Shown here one piece after another: positions 1 to 14,379 of a DNA stretch of 64,000 bases. The stretch is from Utricularia gibba. Its lineage: Eukaryota > Plantae > Magnoliophyta. The stretch's first letter is position 1; each line of letters begins with the position of its first letter. The stretch lies in contig CM007990.1 of the NCBI GenBank assembly GCA_002189035.1, positions 3,038,001 through 3,102,000 of the forward strand, in the 5' to 3' direction. The position numbers and the translations under genes were made by a program. The notes beneath the pieces are model-generated. The model did no database searches and was not told the DNA's origin. It saw only the letters and a program-made list of their open reading frames with translations.

Positions 1-2520
1 TAGGAGATAATTCCACCAAATGAATTTGTGGCATTGATATTGTCAAATTAAGAATGCATGATGATGTTGTGAGGACCATAACTGATGTAAGGCATGTTCC
101 CGACTTCAAAAAGGACTTGATATCCTTGAGTTTCTTGGAGTAAAAAGGCTGCAAATTCACGGGTTTCAATGAGTAAGAAGGTTAGCAAAGGTGCTATGGT
201 TGTAATGAAAGGAGTAAGAAATGATGGAAATCTATATATTTTGCAAGGAATGGTTGAAACTGCTCAAGCTCATGCAACTACAACAAAAAATGAATCTGAA
301 ACTACTCATTTGTGGAACTATAGCTTTGCCCACATGAGTGTCGAAGCCTTGAAGGAGTTAAGTTCGAGAGGCCTCTTGAGTGAACAAAAAAAATAGCAAC
401 ATGGAATTTCGAGAAAGCTATGTTTTCAACAAAAAACAAAAGGTTCAGTTTTTTCTAAAGGGAATCACAACAGCCCACATCCTCTAACATACGTGCATTT
501 AGACGTTTTGGGGCTTGCACCAACATCTTCTTTTTATGATGCAATGTAAATGATGTTGATAATTGGTGACTACTCAAGGAAAGTATGAAATTTCTTCCTT
601 CTACATAAGTCTAAAGCTTTAGAAACCTTCAAGAATTGAAAGGTGATGATTGAAAAACATATCAATATGAAGGTAAAAACCTCAGGATAGACAATGGACT
701 AGAATTTTTCTGATTTTGATGTTTATTGCAAAGTTTAAGGAATTTTACAGGATAAAACTAACAAGCATACACCACATCAAAATGGGGTAGGTGAAAGGAT
801 GAATCACCCCATCTACGAAAAGGTTCGCTCTATGTTAGCCAGAGTCAAGCTACATGAAAGATACTAGGTTGAGGCGGCTAGCTATGCTGCTGTTATCATC
901 AACAGATCTCCCTCAATGGCAATAAACTGTAAAACACTGCAAGAATTGTGGAGAGGTGAGCCAACAAACTATGAACACCTAAAGATTTTTGGATGTCCTG
1001 CATACATTTATGTAAATAAGGGGAAAATGAAATCAAGGACTTTTAAGTGTATTTTCCTTGGCTTCAAGAAAAGTGTGAAGGGATACAAAGTTTGAAGTCC
1101 GGACCTTAAGAGAGCTCTCACAAGTAGAGATGTCATGTTTAATGAAGAAGCATTTTGAAAAAGTGGACAAGAAATTACACGAGATCATCAATTTAAGGCC
1201 ACTAAACAGAGTGTGATTAATGAAGCAAGAACAGAACTTATAGCATCTAGATCAATAGTGAGCTAGGGAAGTGAGATAATTATTGATTCAATTGAGAAAT
1301 CCACCTCATTAGCTACACCACCAGATCATGAATCCTCAATTGTTATTAATAGACCATGTAGAACAATTAAGCCTCCACAAAGGTATGCGGAGGCAGATTA
1401 TCTAGCATTTGCTTTGACAATAGCTGATGAAACTCCATTACACAAGGAAATGGCAAATTTTAAGGAAGCAATCATAGGAAGTGAAGCTGAAAAATAGTAG
1501 AACTTTAGGATTGATGAAATTAATTCCTTAGACAAGAACAATACTTAGGAGCTTAATGAACTTCAAATAGGAAAGAAATGGATTCATAAAACCAACGATC
1601 GAGCATTTGATCTGCAAACTCAAGAAGTCATATGAAATGAAACAGTCATTGAGACTTTGATATAAGAGGTTTGCATCTTTTATGGAAAGTATAGTCTTTG
1701 TACGTGTAGCTTATGATCTGTATTTGTTTAAACACATGCTACCTAATTATTCTTTTATTCTTTTGCTCATTTACATTGATGACATGCTTATTGATACTGA
1801 AGATATTCATGCTTTGAAATCACTTTATTTTTAGCTTGCCTCTGATTTCGAGATGGCAGATTTAAGTGAAGTAAGAAAAATTCTTGGCATGAAAATTCAA
1901 AGTGATAGAATCAAGAAGACTCTTTTCTTGTCTCAAACTTCATACATTTCCCTTGTGGTATAGAAATTCAATATGACAAATTGTAAGCATGTGGACACTC
2001 CATTGCTAATCATTTCAAGCTTTCTACAACCCTGTGTGCAAACTCTGAAAGTAAGAAAACCTAGATGCAAGATATCCCATCCCATATTCTAATGTTTTTG
2101 GTTCTTTTATGTATTGTATGATCTGCACCCAGTTGGACATTTCTTATGCCATGAGTGTACTCAACATGTACATGGCTTCACTTGGGAAAGAGCACTGGAA
2201 AACAGTCTTTTGGATACTCAAATACTTGTAGGGATAAAAAAAACTTAAGGACTTCTATTTGGAAAGGGAGAGGATGTAGATAAGGTAATTGGTTTTAGTG
2301 ATTTAGATTATGTAGGAGATTCAGATAAAAGGTAAGTGCATAAATCTTCACCTGTAACAACACTGCTATCTAATAGAAGGCTATACTTCAACCTACCATT
2401 GTCCTCTCCTCAACAGAAGCTGAATTCATGATGATAACTAAAGCCATCAATAAAGCTATTTGGCTCAAAGGACTGTTCTCAGAACTAAACCGAAAAATGA
2501 CTCTGGATAGTATCAAATGT
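1..2520 (+). mobile_element. Degenerate Ty1/copia retrotransposon pol region (protease, GAG-pre-integrase, integrase, RT, RNase H), many stops and frameshifts
   Basis: Copia motifs read in copia order: VRHVPDFKKDLISL (~85-127), HLWNYSFAHMS (ORF 169-396), DNGLEF (~691), HLKIFGCPAY (~975), KCIFLGFKK (~1045), IYIDDML (~1770), LSSTEAEF (~2403). 5' end runs off the window. Confidence 0.9.
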
Positions 2521-2936
2521 GATAGCTGGAGATCATACATGAAGGCCCACTAAGGAGGACTTCTCTAAAGGAACAATCACAATATTACACATCACTGTAG
2601 CGTCAAGGGGCCGGAGATCTTTCAAGAGATCTTCCTTCGCAATCAGATTTTAGAGCTTGATTTTCTCATTGCGAGCAAGCATGGCCTATGTGCGAGTGTG
2701 TTGTGTTATCACTTGAACAACATATTTTTGTAGCATTTCCAGCCCGTGGTTTTTTCCCTTTGGGGTTTCCACGTAACCTTTGAGTCGCTTGCCTTTTCTA
2801 TAAAAACACACTGCAAATCAAGATCCTCTCACAAAAGCTAACAACTAAAGTGAATAATAATGGTCAATGGAGCTGGCCAACTAACACCAAAAAGGGCATT
2901 ACAAATGTCATGTATAGCAACAATTTGATTGACCAT

Positions 2937-4108
2937 TGATAAACGAAAAATTTGTGCAAGTCGTTAAATTGCAAATTTCTCCTATCAAATAAAATTTATA
3001 AACCTAATTCACATCAAATTATATGAAAAATATGAGCATAGTGGACTAGGGTCGAACACAAGGAGTTAGATGTTTTCTATGTAAAGGTCAATATAAGGAA
3101 TCAGTGTCACGTTGGTAAATTGGTCTTAACTAGAACTAAGGCAGAACTACAATGGAATACAATAAAGAAAAGTAATAAGTTTTGGAGCTCGGGTGTTTCT
3201 GGAATGAAATGGGTGATGCCTTGGGACTCCTAGGGGATGTATGCTTATCACTAAACAAGCTCACACAAACCATAAATCATACAACTAACACACAAAAATC
3301 TAGGTCTACCCAGATTCTTGTTTTCCCCTAATCTTTGGTCTACCTCTAATTAGGGTTGTAAGCTGGGTTTCACTACTTACCCCTCCTGAATCTATCCTGG
3401 TTTGTTAAGGAAGTGGTGTGATTTATGGCTAATTAGGTCTAAAGATTGATTAGCACATTTCTCCCCCTTTCACCCCAAGACACCCCCTAAATGTTTAGCC
3501 ACTCATGACAAGGGAAAGGAAAACGTTTTCATAGCATATCCTAAGCAACATTTTGGTTTCAAAGTTAAACAACTATCAATGCATACAGAAATAGAAAAGA
3601 CAAATTGTTCAGGTAGAAAATTTAAAAGTAGTCTTAGCTAGGAACAGTATGCATCAAGAACGAAAGTAAATCTTCAAAGAAAATTCGTTCTTCAAGGTCG
3701 TTGTCCCTTCCTTCTTCTTCTTCCAGAAACCTTCTCCATAAAGTTGTTCGTGAGTCTCCAATGGGGAGATCTGCTTTCTCTCTCTATCCTCTCCCCTTTT
3801 TTGTCCAAAATCTTACTTTTCATCATCCTTGGATTTTGTGTGTACTCCTTTTCAGACTTCTGTCTCATCCTCTGCCACCACACTGTTCATATTCGGCTCT
3901 TTGGGATTTGTGTTGTGACCTACACTGCATTGCTCGAATAAAACTATTAGAAAGTTGGGACTAAATCGATTTAGTCCCAACTAAGACTAAAATAACACAA
4001 TTACGGTACTTATGTGCAAAAATATAAAACTAGGTAGTAAAACTAAATTTTTGTAACACAATATGGATCTTTTCCATATACTCAATCATTCAAAAATATG
4101 TGTTATCA
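2937..4108. mobile_element. Solo LTR, family A copy 1 (probably Ty3/gypsy)
   Basis: Ends TGATA...TATCA; perfect 5-bp TSD ACCAT at 2932-2936 and 4109-4113; similar along its length to 55591-56701. Superfamily is inferred. Confidence 0.9.
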
Positions 4109-4359
4109 ACCATAATGGGTTGACCTTGGACTCTCTAAACTTGTGAGAAGGGCATTGGATCCTCCACTTTACAATTGACTATAAGCATTGTTAGCGAATT
4201 CATCTTCATTCTCACATAATTCTTTAACTTCCTTTGATGCGTATCGTTTCCACAACATATTTAAAAATATTTTGACTTGTAAAAAACAAAATGCATAGTA
4301 CGGGTGTAGAATGCAGGGAGTTGTTTTTCAATGAAAGGTGAAGTTACACCGAATACAAC

Positions 4360-5660
4360 TGTCATGATTTGTAAACAGTTTTATAAAGTAAAAGGTGTGA
4401 GAAACACAAACGATGAAGCTTGAGTAAGGAGGTAAAAGGGTTTTAAACAAATAATAGAAATAAACTTATGCGATGAACCTTAAATAAAGCGAATATTTCT
4501 GGGATTGGAATCCTTCCCAGCTACATTTGTTATATCTTCACTTTTCTCTAATCTTCTCAGATACTCGGTTATAGGAGTAAGAAATTACCTACCCTCTCTT
4601 ACACTCTTTTGCAAGAAGACATGGAAATAACCCAATGTTGCTCCTCCTTGGACAAACGTGAAGATAAGAGGTCTTGCCAATGTATCCTCACGGTCGAATT
4701 GCACACGTGTGCCCGAGTGTTGCCAATGACCCAATGAGTCCAGATATGAGGTCACTATCTGTGTATTGATCTTGACGTACGACCACAATCAAAACGTTAT
4801 CTCCCTCCTACCAAAAGATCATGAGTTGGTGCTCTTCACCTTGGTCCTCTTCAAAACTCACAGGTACTAATTAGCTAACCATAAATCTTGAATAAGGGGA
4901 CTATTATAGAAAGATTGTAACTTATTCATATGAAGACATATGGAACCCGTTCGGATTAAAAGAAGAGTTGAAGATAAACTAACGAAGCATAGATGTAGGA
5001 GTATCCCAAACCAGAAACGGAAGTTTCTAACCACCAACGACCATACAAACTAAGAAAACAAAAGTAGATTCTAAAGAGAAGCTATAGGAAGAATCCTCTA
5101 GAGAGAGAAACAAAGTCTAAAATAAATTAGAAAGTATTGAATGCTAAACTCTCTGAATTGAACTGACTGAATTATTTCGATTGAGTTTTCGTGTTCCTCT
5201 GGTTCTGCTGGACTGGAGTGACTTGCAAGCAAACGTCTACTCTAACAGTAGTACGCTAATGATTTCGCTGTTAGAAACTCCTGTGTTCCACACGTTAAGG
5301 CTCATAATTAAACGTCTACAGTCTTCTGGAAATCAAAGAGATGTCAGCTTGGGAAGATACATTTTATCGTTATCTGCTGCCTTCTTTCTCTCACTTCCTG
5401 CCACGTGTGCATCTTTAGAAAAATTTAAATAAAATTAGCAAAAATATTAAATAAAATACAAGATTTAGGATAATTATATTACACTAGATAAAAACTTAAA
5501 TCTCATATTATAGACTCTTAATTATACAATTTTAATCACATCTAGACATAAAAACACTCTAAAAGATAATGAAAAAATGACACTTAATATTCTCTTTTGC
5601 CAGGACATTTTCCAAAACCCAAGCATTTCCTTGGAACTTTCTATAAAGTTATATCTATCA
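4360..5660. mobile_element. Probable solo LTR, second family
   Basis: TG...CA ends (TGTCATG / CTATCA), flanked by CAAC on both sides (4356-4359, 5661-5664); about 1.3 kb, non-coding. The direct repeat is 4 bp rather than the usual 5. Confidence 0.55.
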
Positions 5661-6185
5661 CAACTTCTCTACACTTTATAATCATTTTGCACTTTCACCC
5701 TAAATCTTGTGTTCTTAACGAATTACTTTATGATATAAATAATATATCATAAGAATTTCAGTTTTTTCTTGTTTTGTAGGTTGTCATTTCATGTTTAATA
5801 TCTTCCTTTATTCAATTAATCCAAATCCAAACTTAAAATTTCATAAAATTGACTGACTTCGACATGCATTTTTCCAACCCGCATCAGCATCTTTGACTTG
5901 GTCTCAAGCTGCACCCCCATAGCACCTTCAACACTTCAAATGCAAAACAATTGGATCAAGAAAGGCCCAATGGTTTCTGAATCGATCTATGGACCAAGCA
6001 AGGCCCATGGGCTTCAATAGTTTTTCATGAGCCTGATCCATTGATCTGCGCTGTTTCGATTGACGTGTTACATGTTCTTTCCCGAGTCTGGCCGAGGGTT
6101 GGGTGTACAGCATCTCATCGGGGCTGGAGTTGGATATCCAGAATAGAGATTTTTGGAGTTCAAAATTCGATTATCCGGGAGGAAT

Positions 6186-8883
6186 ATGGGGTTCTACGGC
6201 GTGGTATTTCTAGTTGTTCCTCTGCTAGCTATCGCGGCTCAGCTTCCTTCTGGGTTTGCCTTATCCTCCATGGCACCTGCTTTTCTATGGTCGCACGATC
6301 TACCTGGGTATACAATTTCAATCCAATTCTTTCATCCTATGTTTATTAAATCGCACGAATGTAGTGATCGGATGTAGAACTGAACATGGAACGATGGCGG
6401 TGAAGTTTTTGATGGATGATATTCCATGGATTCTTTGGATGATATGGTGTTCCCCTATTTTCTTAATGCCTTTCTTTAACTAGATTTAGTGGCTACAACT
6501 AAACATTTTGAATGAGATGCTTTTTTTTTTTTTTGTTTAAAATTTACCTGATTTACGTATCATGGCTATGAAGATTGGAATTGGGATTTCTAAGGTCTTC
6601 AAGTTCTTCGAATTTATCTCCAACTGGAATTTCATAGACGAAATTTTGTTAACTGCTAACCTACATCGAAATCGATTAACCTAAGTTCACTTGGGTTTCC
6701 TGAGGCATAAAAAAGTGGCATACTGTTGTTTGAGGATGCATTACCCCCTTAATTAAGACAAGTGATAGGTCTCTTCAATACCATGTTTGAACAGCCTCTT
6801 TTCTAGGAAACTTGGGCTTTGGCCCCATACCTCTGTAATGACTCTAAACTTTGGATTCTTGATGCGTAAATGTTTCAGCTAAATACCGTTTTTTTATTCA
6901 TTGTTCTCTTATTTTTGCAGCATGGTAGATGTCCTCAAATTTCAGGCATCAAATTTTTGAGCATCCAATTTTCTTGAAAACTTATGCTCATGGACATTCG
7001 TTCGTTTTTCATCTTATCTAATACTAATGTTCTCAGCAAACACATCCTATTTCTAATTAAGTTTGGTTGTTATTTTCCTGTGGATCTCTGAAGCAAACTT
7101 ACATACAATCATGAAAAATTTTGACAGAATGAAAGTTGTTGACTACCGAGTTCTATTGCCAAGAGATTTAGCTAAATCTGTGATGACTGAAGGTGGATGG
7201 TCAAAATACTTGGTATATCTGCGCGCCAGCATCCCTCTTTGCCTTTTTTTTTTCATCTTTTTCATTCTATGCACAAGATAACTGTGGTATCACATTGGCT
7301 GTTCGATTTAAAAGGTGTGAGTTTCTTATATAAACCTCTAATGAAGGAAAAATCCCTATGTTTTCTCAGTGTTCAGAAGAGACAGCTCAGTCCCGGATGA
7401 TAGCCTTTCTTTTCATTGGAAAGGAGGTATTTATCTGTTTTATTGTTTTCCTTTTCGATAGATTGTCCAAAACTTGTCATATTATATATGAACAGGATAC
7501 ATATAACCAGTTTATTTTTGAATAGCTACCTTGATTGAGTTTTCTCTATTTTACACCAGATTTGGGACTATGCCATGCAGTTTGGAAAAAATTGGATTCG
7601 TGTTTCTGAGATCCCTCTGCCTTTTTTCAAACCTAGGCACATGTTAGAAACTTCTGTAGGAACATTTGTTGATGGGCACTACTGACTTTTCCATGTAGAT
7701 AATAATGGGATTTCCGTTAACCATAGGTTATAGATGGCAACAATCTCCACAGTTGTGCATTCACCTTCTCAAACATGACTGATATTCATTTTTCCCTGTA
7801 GTTGACTTCGATGGATATCACAGGTCCATCAAACAATGATCCAGCTCTTGTAAACCTACTTAAGGTTAATTGCTACTTTTATTGTATATATTTTGCTGCC
7901 TTTGTAGCTACAGTGTTAACTTCAGTAAGAGGCCTGCCAACTTTCTTTATTGATGTATCCTTTTTGGAGGCAGGAGACATTCTCAAACTCAAATGTATCA
8001 GTGGCGTTTCCTTACTTAAATGTGGCAGAGGATGAAGAGCCCATTGAAAGATCAATTATTTCAGAATTTGGTGATAGTTGTTCGCCTAAATCTGAGATCA
8101 ACAGAATTGCTTTAGTAGGCTCCTGCCGTGTGCAGGGTGAAACATTTGTTCGGCTACCAGATATCCGCTCATTAAATGTAAGAAAAGTAGTTTGCGCTGT
8201 CAGTATGCCTATGGTAAATGTATCTGAAGGACATTGTAATGCATCCATAGGCCTACCTGAACTCGAGGGCTGAAAATGATATGGATGGAATTAGCAATAT
8301 GTTCGTGTTGTGCGATGCAGGTTCCTCAGATGCATCAAGGCAATTGGGTCCTGAAGGTATAGAAAGGGCTTGTCATGTATATGGAGCCTTCTTTGTACCA
8401 TAGTTGATTAACCTGCTATGCTGTTTCGTGCAATTTACTCATTCTTACAGAGCGGGTACCCATCCTTCCTGCAGGCAGTATTCTATCTACACTTATTGAG
8501 ACAGTGAACCAGCTTGGTGTGAAATACACGGTTTTATATGTATCAGATCCTTACAGATCTTCTACTCAGTCCATCTCACGACGTGCTACAGAAAGATTTC
8601 TTGCAGAAGGCACAATTGGAAACTTATCAACAAACTCTACGTCATGCGATAGCATCTGCCAGACCAAGGCATCTCTTTTGGAAGGACTTCTGGTGGTAAG
8701 GCATTTATTCAATGCACAAAAACTTTAAAAAAGAAGCATGCATTGGCAACCCAAATCTCGCGTCTAACACAAAAAGTTTTGAACTCTCAGGGGATCGTCT
8801 TGCTTATAATCTTGATATCTGGGTTGTGCTGCATGGCGGGAATCGACACTCCAACCAGGTTCGAGACTCCTCAGGAATCTTGA
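6186..8883 (+). CDS. AT3G13410-like type I membrane protein; candidate V-ATPase accessory subunit (AP1/Ac45/Voa1-like)
   Basis: 8 GT-AG exons splice in frame: 6186-6307, 7128-7212, 7370-7426, 7802-7864, 7974-8177, 8251-8356, 8475-8695, 8791-8883. Signal peptide, then PAFLWS, GGWS, DPALV, AFPY, KYTVLYVSDPY, CDSICQTKASLLEGLLV-GIVLLIILISGLCCMAGIDTPTRFETPQES*, matching Arabidopsis AT3G13410 as recalled. The V-ATPase role is inference. Confidence 0.9.
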
Positions 8884-10253
8884 TGCCTAAATTTCTAATC
8901 ATTAATGTGAATGGGATGCATGTATACGTACGTGTGCGCATCATGGGGTAATGGTGTAGTTATTGGGGGACAAGATGTCCGTTGGGGGTGTCTCAGTTTT
9001 TTCATCACGAATTGGGTAATGTAATAAGCCGGATGCTGTTACTGTTTTGTGTTGTGGAGGTGTACTTATCGAATGAGCCGAGTTACATTCAACTTCACGG
9101 AGACAATATTCAAGGCCTCTCAAGGTCGGGATGGCCTTAACTTAACCTAAAAGACTTTCACCAAATTTTGGATTAGGATTGGTATGAAGTTCAATGTTAC
9201 AAGATCGTGATTACCTGGATTCTAGTTAGATTATTAATTGGGCTGGGTTACTCTTATGGGATTCATGGATGAAATGTTTTTTTTAAGAAAAAAACACTTT
9301 TATAAATTTTTTTACATATAATATAAATATGAAAATTATTTAATAATTAATATAAATTAATTTAAAATTCAGTAGTATATAGCAAAATCGTATTCTGATT
9401 TTAATCATCATCAAATTGATATATAAATTAAAATTCAAACACATTAAAATATTAAAAAAATAATTCCAAAATATATAAGAGAGGAATTTAATTATGATTT
9501 TTTATTTAAATAAAAAATTTTCAAAATTATAAAATAATTAATTTCGAAAAATTACAATAAATCTAAAAAAAATTTACATTGATTTTTGGCTCTAATAAAT
9601 TCAATCATCTTCAAGGACCTTGGGTCTAGAACCAAAAAACACGATAATTATTTGAACGTTCAATATATAGACCCCAATCCTCTAGGATTGGGTTGAATCA
9701 ATCCATCTCTGGTCAGTGGAGATATCTACTAAAGATTCAACACATAGGATAGGGGCGAAACTTTTTTTGGATATCAAAAGAGCAAAAGAATTTTGTGGTT
9801 TGATTGTAGCCAAAAATTATATGTATAACTTGTAAATTTAAAATTATAAATAAAAACTCGACAAAAGAATGGGTAGCACAGAATTTGTTCTCTCTTCCTC
9901 ATTCATGAAACTAAAATGTCAAGAGAATTCAAAAAATGCATGCTTGCGGGAAAAGTTTCATGATGTTAGTGGAATTAATATGGGGCTGAAGAGAATGGTT
10001 CTTTTTTTCTTTGTAGATTTAAACTAACATGACATGCGAGGCATGACATAACGAGATCCATGTTCAGAAAGCCATACGACCAAAAAACTTACTCCCAGAC
10101 ATGCATCCAAAATGCGCCTTCACTGCATAGACTGCAACCTCAACCAGCCAGTGTTTTGAGCAATCTCGCATCACCTCCCACCTACAGTGAGGCTGTTAGA
10201 GACACGGAATGTAAGAAACTAAAGCTGCCCAATAAAAACAGTGTCTGCTACCT

Positions 10254-13200
10254 TCAACTGGCCTTTTCATGGCGAGAACTTGCCTTCCGTAGAGAAAGAT
10301 CCACGTGGGCGTACACGAGGCAAACCACGAAAAGGAGAAGAAATGCAGAAACTAGCATCAGAGGTTCAGCAAGCATGAATACCGGGTTGAACTTGTAATG
10401 GACCTGCAAGAAAAAACCTTGCGTTCAACCGCAGCTTGACGAACTAACACAAAATGATGCATCTGAGAATCCTTGCAAAACACGTGTAGTTAATTCTCCA
10501 TTCATCATCAGTTCCACAATCACTACTGTACAAGCAAGAATGCAGTATGCATCCGTATCATTTGGTGTAAAAGGCAAACAGTATTACGATTTTCTCCATA
10601 AGGGTATCATCACCAGAGAGGAAAAAATTGGCTTGTTGGCAGAACGGCTCAATACACTCAGATTTAAGAAACTTAGAGAAATGTGATGTACCTGAAAATG
10701 AACATTATGCTCTGGTACAACGTTCTCTTTATGCAGCACTACTACAGTTCGACCAACCACGTCAAGGTATGAGTACTTTGCCTGAAATGAGAGAGATTTA
10801 AAAACTATTTGGGCTCTAAAGTGTTACTGTAATATAAACTTAGGAGACTGGAGACTGATAACATCCAGAAAAAGACTGCATATAAACTGTCAATAATTGT
10901 TCCAGAATACGACAAAGGCTTTTGACGGGAGGATTAGCTCAACAGAGAACACAAAGATTAACAAGATTCCTAGGAATCTCATGAGTAATAGAGACAAATA
11001 TTCTGATCACTAAACTTTTGTTAAATACAGAGATTAGCAAGATCAAAAATTATATATCAGAATAAATGGACAACAACTTGAATTCCATTAAAAGGGCAAT
11101 ATCGATGTGAAGTGGCTTAAACAAGGGAAACCTGAAGCATTCCAATTCAATTATGACGGTCAGTATCGACAAACCAAATGCAGCTCATTCAAAAAACAGT
11201 GTAACTACCTCTAAACTTTGGTTAACAGGAAAAGGTACTTTGACAAATACATCACTTGACCCCTCTGGGAGGACAACCTGAAAAATATTAGGTCTTCGTT
11301 GTGAGCAGAATTCTTCATTAACTTTCAATGAAGACTAAAAATGATAATCATATTTCACTTCAAATTAGTAATGTTGCACGCACTTTGATCGTCAACTTGC
11401 CAACTACAGTATCCGCAAGAGGGCAACCAAAACTGTAATTGAGATAGCGGGAGACACCAACTGACTCAAAAAGGAAATCTTGCAATGGCACTGCATATCC
11501 AATGACAAAAGTTGCCTTCCATCCACCAAATAATGGATATCGTGGCTCAATTAACAGCTCCGACTGCATGTACATGAATAAGTTTAAAAGATGCGGATTT
11601 TGCGCCTTCAAGACGTTCTTGCCATTAGATAAGATGATACGTATCAAAGAAAAATGAAGAGTAGAAAATACGGCAACTAGCAAAAATGTCTAGCTTATAT
11701 AGCTATTCCTCAATGTCTTGGTTAGAATATTGAAAATACCTTTTTGGGGTTTGAACGCAGTCTTGATGTTGAAATATTTCCAATGTCATCTCTGTAGTAG
11801 ACAGAATGGGCACGTGGTGGTAGCTCAGCAAGAAGATGCTTGAAGGAAGAAACACCACTGGAATCATGTCTTGATTGATACTCAACCCTGGAAAAAGAAG
11901 CATGCCATGAAGTTGTGAGCAATGGAATAGAACGACGAAGAGTAGAGGATTCAATGATATCGGCCACACAAATTCTTTTGACAGCAGCATATATATATTG
12001 CAGGCATAGAGTACTTACTAATGTGATCACATCTTAACAACGCACAGAAACAAATAATAAAAGCAAAAGTTATAGTTAATCAATCCTGGTAAATTTAGAA
12101 CACACGCTTGAAATATACAAGCAAGTGTTACACAAGAGGCCAGACCGTGAAAAGACGCCTTTATGCTTGGCACCAGCATGCACTAACTTGTAGTGCTCTG
12201 CAACTTGAATACTTCCCCAGTGAGATATTTCAATATGACGCTCAAGTTCCTCAACAAAAGCAAATGGATTGTTATTCTCAAAATGAATGGTGATAGGAGA
12301 ATATGAATGAGGAGGAGAGTCCTCAAATGGCCCATATGTCAGCTCACTTCCACTTTGGTGAGTGGGTTCAACCCGCACAAAAGATTCTATCTTGTTATTG
12401 GGCATCTTAAGTAATGTTGCCTGATGTACAATATGATAAGGCGACAGTATAACAGCACTGTCACGGTAATGCACCATTTGAGACTCTGACTGACTTATTT
12501 CCACAGGGAAGGGTCTAAGAGAGTGGGTTATGATGTAGAGTATCTCTAATGTGATAGAGTCACTCTTTTGCAATGGCTTCAACAGCGCTATAGCAAAGTA
12601 TTTATATTCATTCGCACCATCAGGTTGCTTGGCTGAATTTACTTCAAGAGGGAAATATGAGATCTTCTTCTTCTTTCCAACAGCCGCAGCAGCTTTAATT
12701 AATGCTAGATGGTGAAACTGTTCAGGTGGGAGAGCAAATAGAACTTCTGAAGATGGGGCATCCCCCAAATTTTCTACCTACAAGAATATAATCCTTCAAC
12801 ATTGTGCAGTCTCTGTCAGAAGATTGAGTTTACAGCCTCTAGAAACATTATTATTGATATGCATCGAGACACTTTCACTAAGTTTGAGAGCATCACCATA
12901 AATAAAATGTCGAAAATTACAATCTAAAAAACTGAAGGAGAATGTTTTGATATCCGTGGCTTGGGTACCACTTTATAAAAACCGAAGTAGAGATCGTTTC
13001 TACTTGTAACGTCAAGATGAGATGAAATGCAGTCTCATAATATAGGAAGATGAGGAAAACACTGAAATAAACCACCAGTGACAATATCAAACAATTTAAG
13101 CACGAAACTGCCTAAGAGAAAGTGCGGCCCTAAGCAGTTCAGGATTGGCATCAACCACAATACAGGTAGTAAGTTTAACTTTATTCACCAACAAGAGTAA

Positions 13201-13466
13201 GAAAATTACCTTCAACGTAACATACACCCTGACGATATGCGAAGTTAGATCAATCTGAAGAAAGAGTACATAAATCTTGAGATCCCAACAATAAGGAAAA
13301 ACATACGAAAAGGCATCATTCAGAGGAGTCGCCATAACAACGTAATGGCGATCTCATATTTCACCTGTCGCTCAGCATGAACGATTTGAAGATCACGCTG
13401 AGATGATTCTGTGCCGATGAGTAACAAAAGGAAAAACGCTGAGAGAGCAAAAATTCTAGCTGCCAT
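10254..13466 (-). CDS. OST1: Oligosaccharyltransferase subunit 1 (ribophorin I), short OST1B-type, ~471 aa
   Basis: 8 exons in frame: 13466-13365, 13254-13210, 12777-12146, 11887-11740, 11563-11384, 11277-11209, 10781-10692, 10403-10254. Motifs IDLTSHIV, HFENNNPF, IEISHWG, YYRDDIGNISTS, PRYPLFGGWK, YSYLDVVGR, and C-terminal TM LAEPLMLV. Confidence 0.95.
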
Positions 13467-14379
13467 AGCTCCCAAGCTTTTCGCCCGTCGCCACTGGAGA
13501 CGAAATTGAGAGGAGGGCAAGCGGAAAGTGGATGGTCAACGGCTCGACCCGGCCGCTTGCCAATTCAAGCAGTCCCACTCCGCTACCCGGTCCAAGACAA
13601 TATCATTTATATAAATAACGCGAAAAAATGAAAATAATGCCATGGTAATCACTTTAGTTGCTTTATATATATATATATAGAATGGTTCGATAAAGCATAT
13701 TTCAGGCTTTTAAGTGCCTATGCAAGTTTACATACAGAGAGAGATATAGGGGGAGTGCTGAACTTCGGATAAGATTGAGTTGAAGTTGTAGTTGAAGTTT
13801 TAACTAAAAATTTGAGTGTTTTGACATAATTAAGTTGAGTTGGAGTTAAATTTAATTTTCATAGATAAAATACTATTTTTTATCTTATTCAATTTATATA
13901 TTTTTTAAAAGTTTTTATAAAAATTATGAATTTTTACATCTTAATTTTTACTTTCTCTTTCTGTAATGTTTCTTAATAATAGGTTTTCCTTTGCAACTCA
14001 AAAGCGTTTCCCTCAAAGTCAGTTAACAAGAAAAGTTTGATAAAAGATATTTTTGAACAAAATCTCCTATTCTATGGAGATTCTTTCTAGTTTTCTAATA
14101 TATTATTTAATTTAATTTCTCAAGTATTATGTTCTTTGGTCAATGTTACAAAATTGTTTTTTTATCAGGTTTTTAATGATTCTTTTTAATTTTTTGATCT
14201 TGCAGACTGATTAGATACATTGCATAGAATAAATTTGTTTGAATCATTTGATGTACAATGTTGGTTATTTTCCTGATCTTGGAGATTATTTTTTTTATTA
14301 CTTTTTAATTTTCTAACGTTAAAAATAAATTGTATAAAATAAGTTTTGGAAATGAATAAGTTGATGTTTATTTACAAAC

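Noticed and set aside
9110-9720. Possible hAT MITE between the two convergent genes
   Set aside because: Only one plausible TIR (CCATCTCTG) and no matching TSD.
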